Assembly: GCA_964247135.1 (NCBI GenBank)
Contig: CAXTTL010000155.1
Location: 1-11,610 of the forward strand
DNA length: 11,610 bases
Source of the DNA: an uncultured Deinococcales bacterium
GTDB lineage: Bacteria > Deinococcota > Deinococci > Deinococcales > JAAFIG01
Direction: 5' to 3'
The notes under the pieces were generated by a model, which worked only from the letters and a program-made list of their open reading frames with translations, was not told where the DNA came from and did no database searches. Positions 1-7,201 of this stretch are shown here, in pieces (positions within the stretch are counted from its first letter, which is position 1; each line of letters starts with the position of its first letter). Made by a program: the position numbers and the translations under genes.

Positions 1-1
1 C

Positions 2-961
2 CAGTATCGTCTGGCAATGGTCACACAGGACAGTGTGCGCAAAGTATTGGGTGCTGACAAACCCGACCTGATTCACGTGCACTCACCTGACCCTCTGGGT
101 TGGGCTGCCATGCGTTACGCCCGTCATGAGGGTATTCCGATGGTCGCCACGTATCACACCCATTTTCCAAGCTATGCCAAGTATTATCACCTCGAGTTTG
201 CCGCGCCGTTGGTTTGGCAAATCATGCGTGCCATGTACCGCTCGAGCCAAGCGGTGATCGTGCCTTCACAGTCCACGCTCGAGGAACTTGCCGAGCACGG
301 CATCAAAAACCTGATTCACATTCCGCACGGCGTGGACACCGCCAGTTTTTCGCCCTCAAACCGTTCCGAGGCTTGGCGCTCGGGTATTCTGGGCGCGGAG
401 ACCGACCGTGTGATCGTCAGTTTTGTCTCGAGGTTGGTCTGGGAAAAAAACCCGATGGTGCTGGTGCAAGCTTGGAAGCGCTTAAACAACAAAGGACGCG
501 CCAAGCTGGTGATCGTCGGCGACGGACCTGCCCGATTAAGGCTCGAGCAACTGCTGCCCGAAGCGCACTTTACTGGCAAATTGTCGGGCGCGGCATTGTT
601 TGAAGCCTACGCCTCGAGCGATCTGTTTGTCTTTCCCTCAATCACCGAAACCTTTGGCAATGTGACCGTCGAGGCGATGGCGTCTGGTTTGCCCGCAATT
701 TGCGCGATTGCGGGCGGCGCGAGAGACATTGTGATTCCAGGTCAGAACGGTTTGCTGTTCAATGCCGACAAACCTTTAGAGCTTGCCCAAGCCATCGATG
801 AACTCGTGACCAATACAGTTTTGCGTGCTGAGATGTCCAAAAATGCCCTCGAATCGGTCAAACGCTTCAGTTGGGAAGCCACGGTTTCGGCTTACGAACG
901 CGTCTACCAAGAGGTTTTGGCGGAAAAAGCAATTGTCCCTCAACTGGCGAAAACGAGTTAA
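2..961 (+). CDS. Glycosyltransferase family 4 (GT-B fold, GT4-like/MgtA-like), 5'-truncated by the window edge
   Basis: The frame is open from position 2 (QYRLAMVTQ...), so the true start is probably upstream of the window. Motifs: PDLIHVHSP, TYHTHF, IPHGVD, FVSRLVWEKN, IVGDGP and the GT4 signature FVFPSITETFGNVTVEAMASGLP. Stop TAA at 959-961. Confidence 0.9.
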   Translation, partial: QYRLAMVTQDSVRKVLGADKPDLIHVHSPDPLGWAAMRYARHEGIPMVATYHTHFPSYAKYYHLEFAAPLVWQIMRAMYRSSQAVIVPSQSTLEELAEHGIKNLIHIPHGVDTASFSPSNRSEAWRSGILGAETDRVIVSFVSRLVWEKNPMVLVQAWKRLNNKGRAKLVIVGDGPARLRLEQLLPEAHFTGKLSGAALFEAYASSDLFVFPSITETFGNVTVEAMASGLPAICAIAGGARDIVIPGQNGLLFNADKPLELAQAIDELVTNTVLRAEMSKNALESVKRFSWEATVSAYERVYQEVLAEKAIVPQLAKTS

Positions 962-974
962 CAGTTGACTGAAC

Positions 975-1005
975 AACCCTCGAGCGAGCGCTTTTTGAGG
1001 GTTTT
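975..1005 (+). terminator. Probable intrinsic terminator of the glycosyltransferase gene
   Basis: AACCCTCGAG (975-984) pairs with TTTGAGGGTT (994-1003) using two G-U pairs, ending in a short T run. It starts 13 nt after the stop codon. Confidence 0.55.
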
Positions 1006-1059
1006 CTCGAGATCACCTTAAAACTGGTGACTGACTTCCCTTTGCCAGAACGCGCGGGG

Positions 1060-1068
1060 TGCTATAGT
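1060..1068 (+). promoter_or_regulatory. Extended -10 promoter element for secA (leaderless or very short leader)
   Basis: TGcTATAGT lies 8 nt upstream of ATG 1077. No Shine-Dalgarno is present. TTGCCA at 1042-1047 has only a 15-nt spacer. Confidence 0.6.
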
Positions 1069-1076
1069 GACTCGCC

Positions 1077-4064
1077 ATGCTGGGATTCCTAAACAAACTT
1101 TTTGATAACAACGCCAAAGACGTGCAACGACTGACCAAAGATGTGGTCGTCAAAGTCAATGCGCTCGAGGCTCAAGCCAAAGACACCCCTGATCTCGCAA
1201 ACGCTTTTGCGAAACTGCGAGAACGCGTTGCGGGCGGTGAATCGCTCGACGCCGTGCTGCCAGAAGCCTTCGCCCTCACCAGGGAGGCGGCGATACGCAC
1301 GCTCGGCAAGCGACATTACGACGTGCAATTGATCGGCGGCGCGGCGCTGCATCAAGCCCGAATTTCGGAAATGAAAACCGGTGAGGGCAAAACCCTGGTC
1401 GCCACCCTCGCGCTGGCATTGAACGCGCTCGAGGGCAAGGGCTGTCATTTGGTCACGACCAACGATTACCTCGCCAAGGTCGGCGCGGAACAGATGGGTT
1501 TGATTTACAAGGCGCTGGGTTTAACTGTTGGCGTGATCCAACAAACGCTCGACCCAAGCGCCCGCAAAGTGGCTTACCTTTGCGATATCACCTATGTCAC
1601 CAACTCCGAACTCGGCTTCGATTACCTGCGCGACAACATGGCAAATCAACCCGATCAACTGGTGCTCCGCGCCGATCACCCGCTCAACTTTGTGATTATC
1701 GACGAGGTGGACAGCATCCTGATCGACGAAGCCCGCACGCCACTGATCATTTCGGGCGCGAGCGAGAAATCGACCAGCAATTATTACCTGATGGCAAAAA
1801 TCGGCGGGATGCTCGAGAAGGGCGAACCCGTCGTTCCAGGCGATAAAACCCGCACCGTGGCGACAGGCGATTACACCATTGACGAAAAACAACGTCAGAT
1901 TCACCTGACCGAAAACGGCATTGAAAAAGCCGAGAAATTGCTGTCCATCGACGGTTTGTTCTCGACCGAGCACATGGAACTTGGGCACATGCTGCAACAA
2001 GCCATTCGCGCCCAAGAGCTGTACCACAAAGACAAAGACTACATCGTTGACGAAAACAATGAAGTCGTGATTGTCGATGAATTCACGGGACGCCTCATGC
2101 CAGGTCGTCGTTACGGCGAAGGCTTGCACCAAGCCATTGAAGCCAAAGAGAACGTCAAAATTGCTGGTGAAAACCAAACCCTGGCGACCATCACCTACCA
2201 AAATTTCTTCAAACTCTACAACAAAATTTCGGGCATGACCGGCACCGCCAAAACCGAGGAAAAAGAATTTGTCGAACTGTACGGCGCAGATGTTTTGGTG
2301 ATTCCAACCAATTTGCCGATGATCCGTAAAGACAACCAAGACGTGGTGTACCGCTCTGAGCTTGGCAAGTTTAAAGCCGTGATCGAAGAGATTGTGGTGC
2401 GCTCCGAAGCCGCGCAGCCCGTGTTGGTCGGTACAATCAGCATCGAAAAGTCAGAATTCTTGTCCAAGATGCTCTCCGAACCCAACCGTTACGTGCAATT
2501 TATCGAAGCCACCGCAGGGCGACTGCTCTCGCAACTGGTCAAAGCGGACGCCAAAACCATCGAGAATGCCAACAAAATCCTCTCGAATGCTGGTGCGTTA
2601 ACGCCAGAAAAACTGACCGACCTCAAACCCATGCTGCCCAAGAATGCACTCGAGACTTTTTCCTACCTCGAGAGCGAGGTCAAAACCTTGCAGGCGCTGC
2701 GCAAAGGCATCAAGCATCAGGTCTTGAACGCCAAGCAACACCAGTTTGAAGCCGACATCATCGCCCAGGCTGGTCGTTCAGGTTCGATCACCATTTCCAC
2801 CAACATGGCAGGGCGCGGCACGGACATTCAACTCGGTGGAAACGCCGAATTTGCCGCTTACGCCCTGCTCGAGAAAAAAGGTTTGAGCCGTTACGATGAC
2901 CACATCGAACTGTTCGTTGCCGCGTGTTTGCGCGACGACGACGCCACCATCAACAAATTGCGCCCTGAACTGCCAAAAGTCAGCGATGAGGATGTCAAAA
3001 TCATTCGGGACACTCGAGAAGCCTTCAAACAAGATTTTGTCAAGGTCAAAGCCGCCGGTGGCTTGCATATTATCGGCACAGAACGCCACGAATCGCGCCG
3101 CATCGACAACCAATTGCGCGGACGTTCGGGGCGTCAGGGCGATCCAGGCTCGAGCCGTTATTATGTCTCGTTTGAAGACGATTTGATGCGCTTGTTCGCC
3201 AACGAAAGCGTCATTAAGATGCTGGATCGTCTGGGTATGGACGACACCCAACCCATCGAAGCTCAAATGGTCACCTCGAGCATCGAACGCGCCCAAAAAC
3301 GCGTCGAAGACCGCAACTTTGGCATCCGCAAGCAACTCCTCGAGTTTGACAACGTCATGAGCAAACAACGCGAAGTCGTGTACGCCCAGCGCCGCGAAGT
3401 GCTCCTGGGCAACGATGAGGGCGTGGTGGACATGGTTGAGGGCATGATCGGCGATTACACCGAAGGGCAAGCCGACATGCACCTCTCGGGCGACAGCGAC
3501 CAATGGAACCTCGAGCAACTCCGAGCCAGTCTGGTCGATGCCTGTCCAGCGTTTGAAAACTTTGATTTTGAGGCATTGCGCGGTCACAAGATCGATGACG
3601 CTCGAGAACAACTTGTCAGTTTCATTGCCGATGCTTACGATACCCGCGAGAAAGAACTTGGCGCTCCGCTCTTGCGGTCGCTCGAGCGTTACGTGGTCTT
3701 GCAGGTCGTCGATCAATTCTGGAAAGAGCACCTTCACGCGATGGACGTGCTGCGAAGCGGTATTTTCCTTCGCGCTTACGGGCAAAAAGACCCGTTTGTC
3801 GAGTACAAGTTTGAAGCCACCAAACTCTTCAGCGAACTGACCGAAACCATCAAAGCCGAAATCACCAAGTTTATTTTCCGCTTGCAAGTGAATTTTGAAG
3901 CCCCACCTCAACCCCAAGTTTCAGACGACTCGAGCAACGACGGCGAATCTGAGCCGCAACCAATGAACAACCCGTTCATGCGTCGCAACACCCAAACCAC
4001 GCGCATTCCAAAACTCTCGAGACAAGACCGCCGGAAACTCGAGCGGGACAACAAGAAAAAGTAA
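1077..4064 (+). CDS. secA: Preprotein translocase ATPase subunit SecA (995 aa)
   Basis: EMKTGEGKTL Walker A, ELGFDYLRDNM, IIDEVDSILIDEARTPLIISG, SGMTGTA, STNMAGRGTDI, GTERHESRRIDNQLRGRSGRQGDPG, YGQKDPFVEYK. Confidence 0.99.
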   Translation: MLGFLNKLFDNNAKDVQRLTKDVVVKVNALEAQAKDTPDLANAFAKLRERVAGGESLDAVLPEAFALTREAAIRTLGKRHYDVQLIGGAALHQARISEMKTGEGKTLVATLALALNALEGKGCHLVTTNDYLAKVGAEQMGLIYKALGLTVGVIQQTLDPSARKVAYLCDITYVTNSELGFDYLRDNMANQPDQLVLRADHPLNFVIIDEVDSILIDEARTPLIISGASEKSTSNYYLMAKIGGMLEKGEPVVPGDKTRTVATGDYTIDEKQRQIHLTENGIEKAEKLLSIDGLFSTEHMELGHMLQQAIRAQELYHKDKDYIVDENNEVVIVDEFTGRLMPGRRYGEGLHQAIEAKENVKIAGENQTLATITYQNFFKLYNKISGMTGTAKTEEKEFVELYGADVLVIPTNLPMIRKDNQDVVYRSELGKFKAVIEEIVVRSEAAQPVLVGTISIEKSEFLSKMLSEPNRYVQFIEATAGRLLSQLVKADAKTIENANKILSNAGALTPEKLTDLKPMLPKNALETFSYLESEVKTLQALRKGIKHQVLNAKQHQFEADIIAQAGRSGSITISTNMAGRGTDIQLGGNAEFAAYALLEKKGLSRYDDHIELFVAACLRDDDATINKLRPELPKVSDEDVKIIRDTREAFKQDFVKVKAAGGLHIIGTERHESRRIDNQLRGRSGRQGDPGSSRYYVSFEDDLMRLFANESVIKMLDRLGMDDTQPIEAQMVTSSIERAQKRVEDRNFGIRKQLLEFDNVMSKQREVVYAQRREVLLGNDEGVVDMVEGMIGDYTEGQADMHLSGDSDQWNLEQLRASLVDACPAFENFDFEALRGHKIDDAREQLVSFIADAYDTREKELGAPLLRSLERYVVLQVVDQFWKEHLHAMDVLRSGIFLRAYGQKDPFVEYKFEATKLFSELTETIKAEITKFIFRLQVNFEAPPQPQVSDDSSNDGESEPQPMNNPFMRRNTQTTRIPKLSRQDRRKLERDNKKK

Positions 4065-4074
4065 AGAAAGTTTG

Positions 4075-4111
4075 AAGGCTCGAGGTCGAAGGTGAACCTC
4101 GAGCCTTTTTT
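4075..4111 (+). terminator. Rho-independent terminator of secA
   Basis: Perfect 12-bp inverted repeat AAGGCTCGAGGT (4075-4086) / ACCTCGAGCCTT (4096-4107) with a 9-nt loop. The T run extends to 4111. It starts 10 nt after the secA stop. Confidence 0.9.
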
Positions 4112-4167
4112 GTAACAAAGTTTTTGATTTGGTGACACTCGAGTTCTATGGTTTTGTCCACGTTTTG

Positions 4168-4887
4168 CTAAGGGTAAACCTCAAATGCACAGGTATAGTC
4201 TTGTGAGTCAATCAGAATAATCTTGTCAAACGAGTGATTAATACTTGGCTTCAATGTGTCTCGGTGCAGTTCATAAAGTTCCAAATCCATGCTGTTGTCG
4301 ATATGATTTGGAAGCACAAGCCACCACTTTGAATACTTGTCTCGGTACTTTTCGATTTTGAGTTTCTTTTCCGCTATACAGACTTTTAGATTTCTCTCAA
4401 TCTCGCTTATTATGTCGCCACCCTCATCGTAGTCAATGCTTGAAATATATTGAAAAAAACTTCCTAGGTCTTTTCCCGCAGGATCAAGTTCAAGTTCGAT
4501 GTTTCCGATATTGATAGTTTGGGGAGTTCGAGATGAACTGTGCATGAAAGTCGTTAGTTCTGATTTAATTTCGGAAATAAGTGACTTTTGCGAAAGACCT
4601 ATTGGTCGTTGATAATCAATCGAGACTAACCAACTTTCACCTTGCAAAGATGAGCCTATCAAAGGCAGGTGTTTTTTCAAGCTAGCTTGCAATGGAATAG
4701 AAAACTCTTCCAAACCATTCTTTGAGCCATCGGGTCTTTCGTGGTTCTGATTGAGCCTGCGTACCTCAATACCAATTGTTCCACCTAATGAGAAATCAGG
4801 AGGAATATTTCCATCTGGCTCAAAAACCACAGCACCTTGGTCAAGACCTACCAGGTACTTCTGGACAAGCATCTCTGATTCGTCCAT
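4168..4887 (-). CDS. Hypothetical protein (239 aa), putative PD-(D/E)XK nuclease-like, probably horizontally acquired
   Basis: Long ORF in AT-rich DNA (32-45% GC in sampled 60-nt lines). The N-terminus has E...EPDGNIPPDF...GIEVRRL, resembling a PD-x(n)-E-x-K/R catalytic arrangement. The ORF is well supported; the function is inference. Confidence 0.7.
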   Translation of the reverse strand: MDESEMLVQKYLVGLDQGAVVFEPDGNIPPDFSLGGTIGIEVRRLNQNHERPDGSKNGLEEFSIPLQASLKKHLPLIGSSLQGESWLVSIDYQRPIGLSQKSLISEIKSELTTFMHSSSRTPQTINIGNIELELDPAGKDLGSFFQYISSIDYDEGGDIISEIERNLKVCIAEKKLKIEKYRDKYSKWWLVLPNHIDNSMDLELYELHRDTLKPSINHSFDKIILIDSQDYTCAFEVYP

Positions 4888-5047
4888 TGAAGTCTAACCG
4901 CAAATCTTACCGCAGGCGCGGAATAAATTCGTCGAAGAAAGCATTGAGTTAAGGTATTTTTTTGTGTTCAAGGATTGGTTCATTTCAGCACCTCACTTAA
5001 TTTTCCATGATATACCGTTATTGACTAAACTGAAACTTGCTCGAGCC

Positions 5048-6136
5048 TCAAACGTTAAACAAGAAATGCACCACATCCCCGTCCTTCATCACGTATTCTT
5101 TGCCTTCGGTTCGCACCCAACCTTTGGCTTTGGCGTTCACATTGCTTCCAGCCTCAACCAATTTGTCCCACTCCACCACTTCGGCGCGAATAAACCCGCG
5201 TTCGATGTCGCTGTGAATTTCGCCTGCGGCTTGCGGTGCTTTTGTGCCTTCTTTGACCGTCCAGGCTCGGACTTCTTTTTCGCCGCTGGTAATCATGGTG
5301 ATTAACCCAAGTGCCTTGTAACCCACGTGCACCAGTCGCTCGAGTCCTGATTCGGTCAAACCCAGTTCCTCGAGGAAAACCTTGGCGTCTTCGTCGCTTA
5401 AATCGGCGATTTCGCCCTCAATTTGGGCGCTGATTTTGACCACGGCAGCGCCCTCTTTGGCGGCGAGTTCACGGACTTTTTTGACGTGTTCGTTGTCTTC
5501 GGTCAAACTGGCTTCGTCCACGTTGGTCACGTAAATCACGGGTTTGCTGGTAATCAAGCTCAGTTCCTTGGGAACTTCAATGCCCGTTAGACGCGCTGGA
5601 ATACCCTTAGAGAGCGGCTCGAGCAGTGCCTCGACCACAGCAAGCAACTCCGCATCGTCTTTGCTGTTCTTGGCGGTTTTACGCAGTCTGTCCACCCGCC
5701 GCTCGAGGGTTGCCAAATCTGAGAGTGCCAGCTCGAGGTTGATGGTTTCGATGTCGTCCAGCGGGTCAATGCGTCCTGCCACGTGAATGATGTCGTTGTT
5801 TTCAAAGCAGCGAACCACGTGAGCGATGGCGTTGACCTCGCGGATGTTGGCGAGGAACTGATTGCCCAAACCCTCGCCTTTGCTCGCGCCTTTGACAAGC
5901 CCCGCAATGTCCACAAATTCGACAGCCGTCGGAATAATTGGCGGCACACGATCACCTTTGGTAAAAACTTTAGATAGTGCCTCGAGTCGGTGGTCTGGCA
6001 GCGGTACAACGCCAATGTTTTTGTCAATCGTGGCGAACGGATAATTCGCCGCCTCGACCCCAGCTTTGGTAATGGCGTTAAACAGCGTTGATTTTCCGAC
6101 GTTTGGCAGTCCGACAATTCCAATTCCCAATCCCAT
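5048..6136 (-). CDS. ychF: Redox-regulated, ribosome-binding ATPase YchF (Obg family), 362 aa
   Basis: GIVGLPNVGKSTLFNA, ANYPFATI, FVDIAGLVKGASKGEGLGNQFLANIRE, YVTNVDE, and TGS C-terminus GEIHSDIERGFIRAEV...EGKEYVMKDGDVVHFLFNV. Start set at ATG 6136, preceded by SD GGAGGT (6141-6146). Confidence 0.97.
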   Translation of the reverse strand: MGLGIGIVGLPNVGKSTLFNAITKAGVEAANYPFATIDKNIGVVPLPDHRLEALSKVFTKGDRVPPIIPTAVEFVDIAGLVKGASKGEGLGNQFLANIREVNAIAHVVRCFENNDIIHVAGRIDPLDDIETINLELALSDLATLERRVDRLRKTAKNSKDDAELLAVVEALLEPLSKGIPARLTGIEVPKELSLITSKPVIYVTNVDEASLTEDNEHVKKVRELAAKEGAAVVKISAQIEGEIADLSDEDAKVFLEELGLTESGLERLVHVGYKALGLITMITSGEKEVRAWTVKEGTKAPQAAGEIHSDIERGFIRAEVVEWDKLVEAGSNVNAKAKGWVRTEGKEYVMKDGDVVHFLFNV

Positions 6137-6268
6137 AAGAACCTCCAACTCGAGATTCCCTCGAGAAATTTCTAGTTTGTGCTTGAGGCTTGTCGCTCGA
6201 GCATCAGAGTATACCGTCTGGTGAGCCTGATTACAGCTTGTGACGTAACGAAAGTCTAGAATGTGGTC

Positions 6269-6550
6269 ATGAAAGCCATTTGGAACGATCAAGTCATCGC
6301 CGAGAGCAACGATACCGTCGTGGTTGAAGGCAACCATTACTTCCCAGAATCCAGCGTCAAAGCCGAATTCTTGCGTCCCTCGAGCACGCACAGCACTTGC
6401 CCGTGGAAGGGTGTTGCCAGTTATCACTCGCTCGAGGTGGGCGGGAAAATGAATGCGGACGCGGCGTGGTTTTATCCTGCGCCAAAAGACGCCGCCAAGG
6501 AAATCACGGGGCGGATTGCCTTTTGGAAGGGCGTTCAGGTCAGCGCTTGA
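6269..6550 (+). CDS. DUF427 family protein (93 aa)
   Basis: MKAIWNDQVIAES...VEGNHYFP...STCPWKGVASY...NADAAWFYPAPK...RIAFWKGV is the typical DUF427 pattern. TAGAAT (6257-6262) lies 6 nt before ATG 6269, supporting this start over GTG 6263. Confidence 0.92.
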   Translation: MKAIWNDQVIAESNDTVVVEGNHYFPESSVKAEFLRPSSTHSTCPWKGVASYHSLEVGGKMNADAAWFYPAPKDAAKEITGRIAFWKGVQVSA

Positions 6551-6601
6551 ACTCGAGATTCGTTTAGGGCGCTACGAAGATTCCTGCGTTAAACTCGAGC
6601 C

Positions 6602-7201
6602 ATGAATGTTGGCGTCCTGATTTTTCATGAGGTGTCCGAGTTTGAAGTGGCTGGAATCATGGGCGTTTTTGGTGCGGCTCGGGCTTTTTTGCCTATGCCT
6701 GAAGTCCTCGAAGGTGCTGAACCGCCTCCAAATCCGCTCGAGGTGTTCACACTATCCAAAACCCGTGCCAGCATTCGTGGGGCTGGCGGTTTGGTCATGA
6801 CGCCGACGTATGCTTTCGCTGGGGCGCCCGAACCCGACATTTTGGTTGTGCCTGGCGGTTTGGGTGCGGAAAAAATATCGAAAGACCTGCAAACCAAAGA
6901 GTATTTGCGTACTCAGGCGGCTCGAGTCAGGTTTTTGATTTCAATCTCGGGTGGGGCGTTGATTTTGGGCGAGGCGAATTTGCTGACCGATTTGGATGTC
7001 ACGACCACGCCAGCGCTGTCGGAGACGATCTGGAAGTACAATCCTGGAAATGTTTTTGAGACTCGAGTCAGCAAAAACCCGAATGGGCGTTGGTTTGCCG
7101 CGACTGGTTTGGCGGCAATGGAATTGGCGCTCGAGCTGGTATCACTCGAGTTTGATGCCGAAATTGCCAGCAAGACGGGCAAGAATTTGGGTTTGTCCTA
7201 A
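6602..7201 (+). CDS. DJ-1/PfpI (class I glutamine amidotransferase-like) family protein lacking the nucleophile Cys
   Basis: N-terminal VGVLIF, GGLVMTP, PDILVVPGG, nucleophile-elbow region ISISGGALILGEANLL, C-terminal GLAAMELALELV. TAAACT (6590-6595) lies 6 nt upstream of the ATG. Confidence 0.85.
   Translation: MNVGVLIFHEVSEFEVAGIMGVFGAARAFLPMPEVLEGAEPPPNPLEVFTLSKTRASIRGAGGLVMTPTYAFAGAPEPDILVVPGGLGAEKISKDLQTKEYLRTQAARVRFLISISGGALILGEANLLTDLDVTTTPALSETIWKYNPGNVFETRVSKNPNGRWFAATGLAAMELALELVSLEFDAEIASKTGKNLGLS

Noticed and set aside
1818-2648. CTCGAG-free stretch inside secA as a sign of foreign DNA
   Set aside because: This conserved protein segment has no Leu-Glu or Ser-Ser pair, and it is a seamless part of secA.
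1521-3917. Long minus-strand ORFs 1521-2339 (272 aa) and 2778-3917 (379 aa)
   Set aside because: Antisense shadows of secA arising from its codon bias; no recognisable motifs.
6137-6427. 97-aa N-terminal extension of YchF in the ORF track
   Set aside because: It overlaps the DUF427 gene antisense. YchF homology starts at MGLGIGIVG, which has a good SD.
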